A stretch of 64,000 nt of DNA from Octopus vulgaris. Its lineage: Eukaryota. The notes under the pieces were generated by a model. It did not search any database and was not told where the DNA came from. It saw nothing but the letters and a program-made list of their open reading frames with translations. Shown here piece after piece: positions 1 to 12,408 of the stretch. Both the position numbers and the translations under genes were made by a program. Each line of letters opens with the position of its first letter. Within the stretch, counting starts at the first letter, position 1. Where the stretch lies: assembly GCA_951406725.2 (NCBI GenBank), contig OX597829.1:45632001-45696000 (forward strand). Direction: 5' to 3'.

Positions 1-62
1 CGAACTGTCCAACCCATGCTAGCATGGAGAACGGATATTAAACGATGATGATGATGATGATA
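1..62 (+). mobile_element. 3' end of repeat family C (RTE-like LINE 3' UTR, (GAT)n tail)
   Basis: CCAACCCATGCTAGCATGGA...TTAAACGATGATGATG, as in the longer copies at 20990 and 26665. Confidence 0.7.
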
Positions 63-559
63 ACAAAAGAAAACAGAAAACAACAAAAGTGGCAGGCGAA
101 TGAAAACACACACAAAATTTCCGTGTGTGGGTCTGGTCCTGTTATCTCAATTTTGTTTATATTATGAAGATGTATGCTCACTTGTTTATGGAAACAAAAT
201 GAGCAAAAAGCCCTACAAGTCTAATAATCTGACTATGTATTTATATTTGTGTACATTTATGTTTCTTGTATGTATGTGTGTGGTATTACATATCTATGCT
301 TGGTCTATGTAAATGAGTTTCTTTGGTGAGTGTAAGTGAATGAGGTTTGTGCTTATATATATATATATGTGTGTGTGTGTTTGCGTGAATGAGGGTTGTG
401 TGTGTTTATCATTAAAATTATTAGCACCTAATATCATAAATTTTAAAACTGTTTCTTCTTCCAACTGTCCCTAATAAATGCCAGAGACGGGTTTAGCAAG
501 TACAAACACTGACTTGTTTTGGATCATTGCTAAGCAAATTTGACATGACAATGACAACG

Positions 560-562
<3 letters not shown>

Positions 563-608
<46 letters not shown>

Positions 609-975
609 GTCTGTGTATGTATCTGTATGTGTGTGTATCTGTATGTGTGTGTGTATATGTATCTGTATGTGTGTATGTATATGTGCGTGTATACATATCT
701 GTATGTGTGTATGTATATGTACGTATGTATGTATATGTATGTATATGTGTATATGTATGTATATGTGTATATGTGTGTGTATATGTATCTGTGTGTGTAT
801 CTGTATGTGTGTATGTATGTATATATGTGTGCATGTATGTACACGTGTGCGAGTATGTACGTGTGTGTGTGTATGTACATGTATAATTCTCTATATACAT
901 ATGCCTGATTATATATATAACACACACACACACATGCATATATATATATATTTGGTAAAACATATGTATATATAT
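563..975. repeat. compound (TA)n/(TG)n/(TATG)n microsatellite field
   Basis: Direct reading; source of the Y/I/H/T/C/V-rich ORFs at 493-1095. Confidence 0.95.
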
Positions 976-1020
976 ATAAACGCATGTGTGCTTGTGTGTT
1001 TTATGAAAATATTCTTCATG

Positions 1021-1089
1021 AAAACAATGAGTCACACTGAAGAACCTTTTGTTGAAACAGGAATATATGTTCCTGGGATTCATTGTTTT
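1021..1089 (+). ncRNA. degenerate type-I hammerhead-like motif
   Basis: Long stem I AAAACAATGAGTCACA/TGGGATTCATTGTTTT, core CTGAAGA, short stem II, GAAA, palindromic stem III CAGGAATATATGTTCCTG; the NUH triplet is missing. Confidence 0.4.
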
Positions 1090-1141
1090 GGATAAGACAT
1101 GTTAATATTTGAGGCTTCACACTTTGAGTTCTTTATACAAA

Positions 1142-1176
1142 GTGGTCTGACAATGTTGTTATGAAACTAGTCACAC
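1142..1176 (+). ncRNA. minimal hammerhead-like motif
   Basis: GTGGT-CTGACAA-tgttgttat-GAAA-CTAG-TC-ACAC; palindromic ACTAGT and GTC triplet, but stems I and II are weak. Confidence 0.3.
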
Positions 1177-1221
1177 AAGGAATGTGTGTGTGTGTATGTA
1201 TGTATGTATGTATATACATGT

Positions 1222-1385
1222 AGGCATGGTTGTGTGGTAAGATAGTCTACTTCCCAACCACACGGTTTCAGGTTCAGTTCTGTTGCATGGCACTTTGGAC
1301 TAATGTCTTCTATTATAGCACCCCACAGGCTAACCAAAGCCTTGTGAGTGGATTTGGTAGGTGAAAACTGAAAGGAGCCCATTGT
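1222..1385 (+). mobile_element. SINE family A, 5' tRNA-like head
   Basis: A-box TGGTTGTGTGG, B-box GGTTCAGTTC, then AAAGCCTTGTGAGTGGATTTGGTAG. Confidence 0.8.
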
Positions 1386-1595
1386 ATATTTAAGAGAGAG
1401 CGAGTGTGTGTGTTTCTGTGTGTGTGTGTGTGTTATTGTCTCCATGTTTTGACATGGGGGAATGTTGATTTACTCGGAAACTGGTAAAGTTTGGTGACCG
1501 GGAAGGCATCTAGCCATAGAAAAATCTACCTCGACAAATTCGTTCTGACCAATACAAGCATGGAAAAATGGACAGCAAAACAATTATGCTGATAA

Positions 1596-1651
<56 letters not shown>

Positions 1652-2726
1652 GTGTATATGTTTGTGTATAGACATATATTTATGTGTGTGTGTGTATATA
1701 TATATATATATGTATACATGTATGGTTGAACTTCTGCCAAGTGATCTAGAGAGTTTTAGTGACATCATTACAAGTCTATAACGAAGAAGATAATTATGTC
1801 TGCTTATATTCCGATATAAAATTTGCAGATGTTGTAACCTGATTTTAGGTTCAAGTTCAGTGCATTTTTGTTTTTTTAATACGTAACATTTTTCTGTAGT
1901 AACCTTGGGAAGTCTGAGTCAATTTCACTCATAATACAATCAATTTGTATCTCAGAAGGAAAGATAAATTGTTAAAAATCTAGGGCAGTCGTCTTCTATA
2001 AGCATCAATAACATATATTATCTGACTGAAATCTGGTGCAGTTTGAAGACTGAAAAATCAATGTGTGTTGAATTGGCAAAATATATATCCATATAAGTGC
2101 TATTGGTTGCAAAGCTTGTGTTGCAGTTTTGTGGTCTCAGGTTCAGTCCCAGAGCACAGTTCCTTAGGCAAGTGTCTTCTACTATAGCTCCAAGCTGATC
2201 AAAGACTTACAAGTGAATATGGTATACAGTTACTGAAAGAAGCCTATTGTCTACAAAACCCCTGCAGAAAATCTGATCCAGACACAGAGAGAGGGTCCCT
2301 AAGGCAGATATGTATGGTTATACTTAACCTGGCATCCCTTGCAACTTCATGGATTCTGTAAACATTTTGAATTACCTTTCTTTCATGGGTGAAGAGGTGC
2401 TAAATGTAACTGAAGTTAAGCATATGCTCCTGGGGACAACTCAGGCACAGTAGAAGTGATTAAGTTACTGTTTCTGCAAAATCATATTCCAGCAATGAAA
2501 ACAAGGCTGACACAACAATCTGTTTGATTAGCTTCTGCACAATTTCTGTCTACATTATTTAACTCGTAAGTCTTGGATATTGATCTGACTTGGCCAAAAT
2601 GCCATGCAACGCAATGAGGTTGAACATGGGACTTTGTGATTGTAAAGTAAAGTTCTTAAGCATTTATCTATACTGCACACTCACTCACTCGCTCTCTCTC
2701 TCTCTCTTTCTCTCTCTCTCTTTCTC

Positions 2727-2762
<36 letters not shown>

Positions 2763-2793
2763 ACTGTAGGCTTCTTTCAGTCTTTTAGTTTCT

Positions 2794-3026
2794 TATTTCT
2801 TTATTGCCCACAAGGGGCTAAACATAGAGGGGACAAAGAAGGACAGACAAAGGTATTAAATCAATTACATCGACTCCAGTGCATAACTAGTACTTAATTT
2901 ATTAACCCCGAGAGGATGAAAGGCAAAGTCGACCTCGGCGGAATTTGAACTCAGAACGTAGCGGCAGACGAAATACCGCTGAGCATTTCGCCCGGTGTGC
3001 TAACGTTTCTGCCAGCTCGCCGCCTT
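2794..3026 (-). mobile_element. SINE family B, full length, inserted in a family A copy
   Basis: Reverse strand GGCGGCGAGCTGGCAGAAACGTTAG...GAGTTCAAATTCCGCCGAGGTCGACTTTGCCTTTCATCC...; 14-bp TSD GTCTTTTAGTTTCT at 2780 and 3027. Confidence 0.9.
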
Positions 3027-3559
3027 GTCTTTTAGTTTCTGTGTCAGTCTTTTAGTTTCTGTCTACAAGATCCACTCACAAGGCTTCGGTCAGCCCAAGG
3101 CTATAGTAAAAAAGTCACTTGCCCAAGATGCCACAGAGTGAGACTGAAAACTGGAACCATGTGGTTGCTCGGAAAGCAAACTTCTTACTATGCAGTCACA
3201 CAGAAGCAATGTAGTGACACCGTTTACGGATATAAACAATATGAATGAGAGGAAAAATACCTTAAGGGAATGATCTAAATACACATTGTGTAAGGGGGTC
3301 ACGTATTTAATGTAACGAAATGAGAGAAAAAGAAAGGGTTAGAGGGGTGGGGATGGTGGGGGGAAAGGGACGAAAGGAAAATACTAAAATAACTCCATAG
3401 CTGGTGTGCTATTTTAATGCTGAGATCATTTGTACTAGCATGCATTTCAGAAATAGTAAATAACATTTATTTTTATTTTATTTTATTTTATTTTATTATA
3501 TTTTATTTTATTATATTTATTATATATTCATTTTGTCCTGTACTATTAGTCTCTGATAT

Positions 3560-3592
<33 letters not shown>

Positions 3593-3807
3593 TGCTTATT
3601 TGTTGGTTGTTTTGTTTTTTGTTTGTCCTTCTCTAGTAATTGTAATTATAATCCTAAATGAAGGGAGGAAGGAAGGAAGGAAGAGAGATGAATTAAGAAA
3701 AAGAAGGAAATAAAGACATACTGCTTTCCGTGATAATTTCCCACCTCCTGTATTCGCAGATCGTAATTACTAGGTTAAGCATGTTACTATTACTGAATTA
3801 CACACAC

Positions 3808-3867
<60 letters not shown>

Positions 3868-4060
3868 GTGTAAGTATGTGATGGTGTGTGTGTGTATATA
3901 TATATATGTATGTATGTGTATATATATATATGTGCGTGTGTGTAAATATATTCCTGTATATGTATTTGTATATATGTAGATACATACATATGTATGTATG
4001 TGTGTCATTGTATATGTGTATATATGTATATTAACAGAATTATATATATATATATATTCA

Positions 4061-4270
4061 AAATGTGACCTCGTGTATACCATTGGCGATTATTTTTCCT
4101 CTGTCTTCCCTTCTCTGGATCTTTCCTTCTCCTATGTTTCCGACGAAGAGCTCCGCTCGAAACGTTAAACCCTCCTTCTTTCCTTCTTTCCTGAGCGTCC
4201 AATAATACTATATTTGTTCCATGTCCTCGCGTTGTTGTGTTTTTTTCTGCTTTCTTGTTTGGATTAACTT
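4061..4270 (+). mobile_element. short non-coding Penelope-like element in (TA)n, carrying a minimal hammerhead-like motif (4136-4170)
   Basis: Near-identical copy at 11906-12121; GTTT-CCGACGA-A-GAGC tcc GCTC-GAAA-CGTT-AAAC. Confidence 0.7.
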
Positions 4271-4295
4271 TATATATATATATATATATATATAT

Positions 4296-4334
<39 letters not shown>

Positions 4335-4337
<3 letters not shown>

Positions 4338-4660
4338 GTAATTCTGTTTTGGATTTGGCTCTCAATGCACATCACATAAACACACATATGTAATAGTATG
4401 TAAATGTGCTGTAAAACCCACTTGGACACGAAAAGTCAAGGACTGTCTGTTGGATTTGAACCCACATCTCCTGTAAACACGACAGGCTTTCTACCATTGG
4501 ACCAAAGCAATCCTTTGAATGTCGCCATCCATTTTAGAAACTTTCCTCATACCAGCAAGAATTGCATGTTGTTGATGTCATAAGAATTTTATAAACTTTC
4601 AAGAGCAACATGGAATAATTCTGTTTTGGAATTGATTCTTGAAACTAAAAATAACAGCAT
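4335..4660 (-). mobile_element. tRNA-headed repeat with terminal direct repeat
   Basis: Reverse strand TGGTCCAATGGTAG...GGGTTCAAATCC (A/B boxes, about 4440-4512); TAATTCTGTTTTGGA repeated at 4339 and 4616. Confidence 0.5.
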
Positions 4661-4709
4661 GTAAATATATATATATGTGTATATGTATGTATATGTATAT
4701 CTTTGTATA

Positions 4710-5146
4710 TCTTTTATTCTTTTACTTGTTTCAATCATATGACTGCAGCTGTGCTGGATGACCACCTTGAAGGGTCTTTACTTGAACAAGTCAATCCCAG
4801 GACTTCTGTTTTAAGCCTGATACATGTTCTATCAGTCTCTTGTGCCAAACTGCTAAGTTACAGGGATGTAAACACACCAACATCAGTTGTCAAGTGGTGA
4901 TGGGGGATAAACACAGATACACACACACACATACATACACACATACACACACACATACATGCACACACACACGCACATACATACATACATACACATACAT
5001 TCATATACATATATGAGAGGTGTTTCATTTACTTTCCATCTACCAAACCACTCACAAGACTTTGAAGACACTTGCCCAAAGTTTCATGCAGTTGAATTGA
5101 ACCCAGAACCTTGTGGTTGGAAGCAAGCTTCTTACCACACAGCCAT
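4710..5146 (-). mobile_element. SINE family A, diverged
   Basis: Head, internal (CA/TA)n and tail ...GAAACAAGTAAAAGA on the reverse strand. Confidence 0.8.
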
Positions 5147-5974
5147 GTGTGTGTGTATGTATAGATGTAGACTTGTCTATATGTATATTTGTGTGTGTAT
5201 GTGTCTATGTATGTACATGTATATATATGTATGTACAGGATACACACGATTTTGTATTCACACTGATCTAAATTGCAATTAAGTTAAAATAAGTACTCAA
5301 TAGTGTTAGGCAGAGTGGAACAGGATTTAATCAAAGTCGAATAAATTCAGCAAGAATCACTGAGTAGTGACTCATCCAAACTGAGAAGTGAATAAATGTT
5401 TTTTTTTTTTGTGTGTTAGTATTATTACTCATTTGTAGTTAGTAGCAGTCGAAGTATGTAGGCATGTGCTATAACAGCGCATTGCGGCATCCATCATTTG
5501 TTGGTGATTCCCTACTATTCCTGGCAGATGACACCTTTGCACCACTCAGGCAACAAACCTTTGACTCGTGGGTCTGTTTTGGGTTGTTGTTACTGGTAAG
5601 GGTTTTACAAGGTCAGAGTGCAAATCCTACTTCAACCATTTTTCTAGCTACCTTTTATGACATGTATAAAAAATGTCGGATCTATTCTTTAACATTCTAG
5701 TCCCTACACAGCACTCATTCATACACAAAAAAATTTCAAAATATAGTCTCTGTTTATTTTTCTTTTCAGTCCACTAACAACAACGATGGTAATGGTGGTT
5801 GTGATCGTACTACTGATGGTGGTGGGAGGGTTGTAGTCGTAGTGATAGTGATAATTGTGATGATAATGATGGTGGTGTGGTGGTGGGCAGCACCAAGTCT
5901 TTGTAGATCGGAAAATATTGAACTATCCAAATTCTTGAAAAGACAGTGCATCTTATGGGTCCCTAGTAATAATT

Positions 5975-6205
5975 ACTCTTTTACCCTTGTTTCAGTCATT
6001 TGACTGTGGCCATGCTGTAGCACCGCCTTTAGTCGAAGAAATCGACCCCAGGACTTATTCTTTGTAAGCCTAGTACTTATTCTATCGGTCTCTTTTGCTG
6101 AACTGCTAAGTTATGGGGACGTAAACACATCAACATCGGTTGTCAGGTGATGTTGGGGGACAAACACGGACACACAAACATATACACACTTACATACATA
6201 CATAC

Positions 6206-6248
<43 letters not shown>

Positions 6249-6412
6249 CACAAACACATATATACGACAGGATTCTTTCTGTTTCCGTCTACCAAATCCA
6301 CTCACAAGACTTTGGTCGGCACGTGGCTATAGTAAAAGACACTTGTCCAAGGTGCCATGCAATGGGGCTGAACCTGAAACAATGTGCTTGGTAAGCAAGC
6401 TACTTACCACAC
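5975..6412 (-). mobile_element. SINE family A, full length
   Basis: Matches the 17350 and 60546 copies in reverse. Confidence 0.9.
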
Positions 6413-6864
6413 AATAAAAATAATAATAAAATTTCCCAGAGTCAAAACATAAAACGCAAACGAGTCAATAAATTCCTGATGGATATTATTTTCACCAGTG
6501 AAATAAATCTTTCCATGGATCCTGTTTACACACACACAAGTTTATATACACCCTCATAAAACTAGTGTGAGACAGAATCATAAAAGTAAGAAGAAAATAA
6601 ACCCAGATAAGGAAAATGATAATAATTATTACAATGACAACAACAAAATCAAACGGGCCGACTACCATGACTATCACCGGTTAATTAGTCTCCTAATTAC
6701 TAATGATATATAAATATGAAGCATGGCTATTAAAATAGACAGAAGACTTTTTATGACTTCTTATAGTATACACATATAAAAACTGGTGGTGAATCTAAGC
6801 AAGCACTACTACCCCTAAATAGATAGGGTAGCATTGTAAACACACACACATACACACATGTATA

Positions 6865-7280
6865 GGCACAGGCGTGGCTGTGTGGTAAAAACCTTGCTTA
6901 ACAACCACATGGTTCCAGGTTCAGTCCCTCTGTGTGGTGCCTTATGCAAGTGTCTTCTACCTATAGCCTCGGGCTGACCAAAGCCTTGTGAGTGGATTTG
7001 GTCGACGGAAACTGAAAGAAGCCCATCATATATATGTGTGTGTGTGTGTCTGTTTGTCTGTATTTGCGCTTGTGTTAGTCTCCCCTCCCTACCATTGCTT
7101 GATAACCAATGCTGGTGTGTTTATGTCCCTGTAACTTAGCGGTTCGGCAAATGATACTGATAGAGCAAGTATCAGGCTTAAAAAAAAAAATAAAGGGGTC
7201 GATACTTTCAACTTAAAAGATTCTTCAAGGTGGTGCCCCAGCATGACCGCACTCTGATTACTGAAACAATTAATAGGTAA
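6865..7280 (+). mobile_element. SINE family A, full length
   Basis: GGCGTGGCTGTGTGGTAA...GGTTCAGTCCC...GTGCCCCAGCATGACCGCA. Confidence 0.85.
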
Positions 7281-7326
7281 AAGATATACCAAATAATATA
7301 TTCCTTTCCTTATCATACTGATTTTA

Positions 7327-7512
7327 AGGCGGCGAGCTGGCAGAAATGTTAGCACGCCAGGCAAAATGCTTAGCGCTATTTCATCTGTCTTTACGTTCTG
7401 AGTTCAAATTCTTTTGGGTTCGATAAATTAAGTACCAGTTGCATTCTGGGGTCGATCTAATCAACTGGACCCTCCACCAACATTTTGGGCCTTGTGCCTA
7501 GAGTAGAAAAGA
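7327..7512 (+). mobile_element. SINE family B variant
   Basis: GGCGGCGAGCTGGCAGAAATGTTAGCACGCC...GATAAATTAAGTACCAG, with an alternative tail. Confidence 0.8.
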
Positions 7513-7934
7513 TTAATTTATTGATTTGAGTCACTGAAATTCTGGTCATACTGGAGCACTTACCATCAGTTGTTTTAGTAACTTATTTGCATCATGTCAA
7601 TAGATCCCATTATTTGTGTTGTATTGGTCCATGTCATAAATCCCTATTTATTGACAGTCTAAGTAAATGTCTTTACAGGGAGTTACTACCTTCATTGACT
7701 TACACTGGTACATACACATACACACTCACACACACACATGCACAAATATGTGTGTGTGTGTGTGTTGCTATGTTGTTAAGAAGTTGCTTCGCAGCTGCAT
7801 GATTTCAGGTTTGGTCCCACAGCATGGTACCTTAGGCAAGCGTCTTCTACTATAGCCTTCAGCTAACTAAAACCTTGTGAGTGAATTTGGTAGACAAGAA
7901 CTGTGTGTGGAAGCCCAATATATCATCGTTATTA

Positions 7935-8270
7935 TCATCATCATTTAACATCCGTTGTCCATGCTGGCATGGGTTGGATGGTTTGACCAGGGCTGGTAAG
8001 CTGAGGAGCTGCACCAAACTCCAGTCTGATTCGGCATGGTTTCTGTGGCAGGATGCCTTTCCTAACGCCAACCGATCCAAGAGTGCAATGGGTGCTCTCG
8101 GATATATATATATATATATATATCATCATCATCATCATCATCGTTTAGCATCCGCTTTCCATGCTAGCATGGGTTGGACGGTTCAACTGGGGTCTGGGAA
8201 GCCAGAAGGCTGCACCAGGCCCAGTTTGATCTGGCAATGTTTCTACGGCTGGATGCCCTTCTAACGCCAA
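7935..8270 (-). mobile_element. two adjacent family C 3' fragments
   Basis: (CAT)n tails at 7935 and 8122 followed by CCATGCTRGCATGGGTTGGA...GGATGCCYTT. Confidence 0.8.
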
Positions 8271-9034
8271 TATATATATATATATATGCATGTATGTGTC
8301 AGTGTGTTTGTCCGCTCTGCACATACATGCACACACACACACACTGCTTGACAACCATTGTTGGTTTGTTTACATCCCATATCTTAGTGGTTTTGTCTAA
8401 GAGTCTGACACCTGACACAAGTACCCACCAGTCTTAAAATAAGTTTTGGGATTTGATTTGTTTCACTAACTTTACAAGGCATTGCTCCAGTATGGTCATA
8501 GTCCAGTGATTGGAGCAATTAAAACAGTATTTACATGCAATGAATATTTATATATCACTGATTAATTAATCATGCATTAATTAACTGCTGATAGTAATGA
8601 TGGTCGGGTCTTTTTGATTTTTATGGTTGTCATTATGATAATTATCATGCATTTTTGCGTTTTCTGGGTTTATTGTTTCCTTATTTTTATGCTTTTGTTT
8701 CATATTAAATTTTATGAGTGTCTTCATAAATGTACGTATGTGTGTGTTTTTATGTTTATGAGAGTGTGAGGGTGTTTGTGAGTGAGTAGTAAACCTATAT
8801 ATTATATATTTATATATATATGAATTGGATGCATGGAAAGATTTTTGTCACTGGTGAAAATATATCCATCATGAATTTTTATGTCAATTTTTTTTACCTT
8901 TGATTAGTTTTCAATTATGGGAAATTTTCGTTAGGGTCCAGTAAAATGATGCAATAACAATATGCAAAACACTTGCAAACACATCTCGCTTATGCTTCTA
9001 ACCACTAACTTACCAAGTTTCTAGAAGCTTGATG

Positions 9035-9550
9035 GTTAGTTAGTTAGTTAGTTAGTTAATTTGGCTCAAAAGCAAATAGCAAGGCCATGTAGGGGGACAT
9101 GGAGTTAAGTACAGGGTGGTGTTCATGTAAAGAGTTCAGGCCACTTGAGGTCAAGGGAGGCTTTGAACAAAGCGGTCGTCGGCATCTTCACCATCTCGTC
9201 TGGCAGCTTGTTCCACGGATCCGCAACCCGGACGGAGAAAGCTCCTCTCCTTCGATTGAGATGAAATCGTCGCAGGTAGAGCTTTTCGGAATGACCCCGC
9301 AGCCGACACTCTGGAGCAGGAGTGAAGAACAGCTCTTTCGAGAGGTTACACTTTCCGCTTATGATGTTGTGAGCGAGAATGAGATCACCACGGCGGCGGC
9401 GTTTTTCTAGAGAATAAAGGTCGAGCATCCTCAGCCTTTCTTCATAAGACAAATTTTTGAGACCATGAACCATGCGGGTAGCCAGCTTCTGGACTCTTTC
9501 GAGATGCTGTATGTCTTTGAGGAGATAAGGAGAAGAGGCTTGAATCCCGT
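9035..9550 (-). mobile_element. 5'-truncated CR1-clade LINE (RT C-terminus, 3' UTR, (TAAC)n tail)
   Basis: ORF 9123-9584: SPYLLKDIQHLERVQKLATRMVHGLKNLSYEERL...RRRGDLI...RGHS...FSVRVADPWNKLP, typical CR1 ORF2 C-terminus; no stops. Confidence 0.92.
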
Positions 9551-11860
9551 TATATCTGCACAGATTTAATCCTTTAGTTTTCACATTACTTTGTCAGAAG
9601 TAATGCTTATCTATTCTCATTCATTCATTTCATTTAACATCTGTCGCCCATGCCGGTATCCAGTATGGGTCGGATGGTTTGACCAGGGCTGTTAAGCTGA
9701 GTGGCTGCACCAGACCCCCAGTCTGATTTGGTATGGTGTCTGTAGCTGGATGCCCTTCCTAATGCCAACCACTCCAAGACTATGATTTCACTTGGCTTGG
9801 TGAGTCTTCTTTTCATGCACAACATATTGCCCTTATTTGTCACTGCCTCCGTGAGGCCCAATGCTCAAAAGGTGCTTTTTATGTGCCACTGGCACAGGTG
9901 GTAGTTATGTGACACCAGCACTGACCCTTGTTTTGTATTAATCATGCATTATGTTGTAGTTTTGAGATTTTGAAGAGGTGTTAATTTTTAGAACAACATT
10001 GTAGTGTTGGTGTGAGAGGCCAGATCTGGCCAGTTTGATAATAAAATAGGTAGAATATTTTGGTCAGAGTATGGCTGGATTAAATCCTAAAGGGGATTAA
10101 ATGCTAAACTTTCTACTAAACAATCAGCACACAAAAACATCCATTCTTAACTACACTATTAACTAAAGAAACTAGATATTACTAACAAGTGATCAGTTTG
10201 TTTTATCATTGATGAAAAAGAGAGAAACTTTTCTGTAAACTTGAAAAGTTACGGTACTAACTTGATAACAATATGGTTAAAATTTGTAGATGAGGCTGTG
10301 GCAAAATGATTGCACAGTTTCCACAAGGAGATTTATTTCTGCTGAAAAGGATATTCTTTCAACTTAGCATTATCATTGTTTTCACAATCCTCCTCCTCAT
10401 CATTATCGTCATCACAATTGTCCCCACCACAACCACTGCCATGATTCCTGTTGTTAGTGTTATTTCAATACAAGTTTAGTTTTGCAAATTGGAGTTGAAG
10501 TAGCAAAATGGCTTCAGTTTGAATTGACTTAAGATTTGAAAATTCTAGGGAGAACTTGGACACCAAATCACCCTTGGTCTTCTGCCTATTCTAATAGGTA
10601 TTTATTGGAACATTTTCTGACTGTTTATTCGGTTTTTGTTGTCTGTTCATATTTTATATATTCCCAAACTAGTGTAGTGGTCTCTCTCGTAGGAAGGAAT
10701 TGGTCCAGCACCTCAGATTATATTACTTTGAATTGAACTATTCAGCTATTGATATCATTGAACTCCAGTATTCAACTGGTAGTTTATTTTATTGGCCTTG
10801 GAGGGATGTAAAGCATAGTTAGCCTTGATGGAATTTGAACGAATGTAAAGAGCTGAGCTTATGTAACACAAGACATTCTGTCTAATGGAAGCTGCACTGA
10901 TTCTTCTTGTGTACTACTACTACTACTATTACTACTGCTATCACCACTACCACCACCACCACCACCACTATCACCATCACTACCAATGTTTTTACTATCA
11001 CACCATCTCATACTTGGATGCCTTCAGCAGAGTCTGTTTTACTTTAAGCACTTGAGCCAAACATCTAGCCTGAGGCAGGGCCCATACTGTCCAAAGTACC
11101 ACCTAGTGAGATTGATCCTAGAACCATGTCTTTTGCAAAAGCAAACCTCTTAACTGAACAGCCATACCTCTAGAATCACATGGCCACAATACAAATCCAA
11201 AGACCTAGTCTTTGGTGATGAGGCAGTACTGCTGTAACTTTAAAATAAATACTTACCACTCAACTGGAATTAACCGGATTTCATGAATCAGAGAATCAGA
11301 TGAAAAGTTAAGAAACAAACATAAAAAGGAAAATGTTAAAAAAAAAACCCAAAAAATTTAAATAAAAAAAATTCAGAGAAATAAGTAAAATAATCTGTAC
11401 AAATAAAAAAAAATTAAGATAGAAAAAATACAATTGAAAAAAAAAATAAATGGTTACTAAACGAGTCTGGTAAATTATATGAAAACAATAGAAATAACAA
11501 CAAAAATACAATAGAATTGTACAGGTTGAAATGAGTGTATTTTAATGTGTTATTAAGAAGCTCCAGTTCAGGTTTAATGAGAATTTAAATAGCGAAGTCA
11601 ATTTTGAGAACTTAAAAAGAAGACATTGGTCATGCCACATATCACCTTCCATGTCATATGTGTTGCGAGTGTGTGTGTGTATATGTGTGCAGTATGTGCA
11701 TGTGTGTTTGTGTTTGTGTTTGTGTGTGCTGTGTGTGTGTACATGTATATAAAAAAATATGCATACACTCACACACACATGCACAGACATATATTTTTAA
11801 ATGCATAAATATAAATGTACAGACATACATACCTACACTGACACATGTGCACACATGCAC

Positions 11861-11905
<45 letters not shown>

Positions 11906-11911
<6 letters not shown>

Positions 11912-12121
11912 ACCTCGTGTGTACCGTTGGCGATTTTTTTGTTTTTTCCTCTGCCATCCCTTCTCTGGATCTTTCCTTCTCCTATGTTTCTGACAAAGAG
12001 GTCCGCTCGAAACGTTAAACCCTCCTTCTTTCCTCCTTTCCTGAGCGTCCAATAACACTATACTTGTTCCACGTCCTTGCGTTGTTGTGTTTTCTCTTGG
12101 TGTTTTCATGTTTGGATTAAC
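11906..12121 (+). mobile_element. second copy of the 4061 element; hammerhead-like motif at 11986-12020
   Basis: GTTT-CTGACAA-A-GAG gtcc GCTC-GAAA-CGTT-AAAC; flanked by (TA)n on both sides. Confidence 0.7.
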
Positions 12122-12147
12122 TATATATATATATATATATATATATA

Positions 12148-12408
12148 GGGAGAATCACATAGATGTATTAGTTTAATGCTCGGGAAGTGAAAAAGTCTTT
12201 AACGTTTCGAGCCTGTGCTCTTCCACAGAAAGGAACACAGAAAGAAACAAGGAGAGAAAATAAAGATCCTGTTGATCCTGTCTCCTCTCATCACCCAACG
12301 AACTTTTACGGTTTCTCTACCTGGACTTTCTACTCTCGTATACTTCAGCTGCACCTCTCCTGCCCATGAGTTACACTGGACTCCCCTGTTGATGAAATAT
12401 CACTCCAC
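12148..12408 (-). mobile_element. related Penelope-like short element with hammerhead-like motif (12197-12232)
   Basis: Reverse strand CTTT-CTGTGGA-A-GAGC acag GCTC-GAAA-CGTT-AAAG; between (TA)n tracts. Confidence 0.55.

Noticed and set aside
493-1095. Long ORFs rich in Y/I/H/T/C/V (also at 24967-25654, 30699-32178, 33782-34250, 37416-38879)
   Set aside because: They are translations of TA/CA/TATC microsatellites, which lack stop codons on both strands.
9099-9410. + strand 103-aa ORF
   Set aside because: It is the antisense shadow of the CR1 ORF2 fragment.
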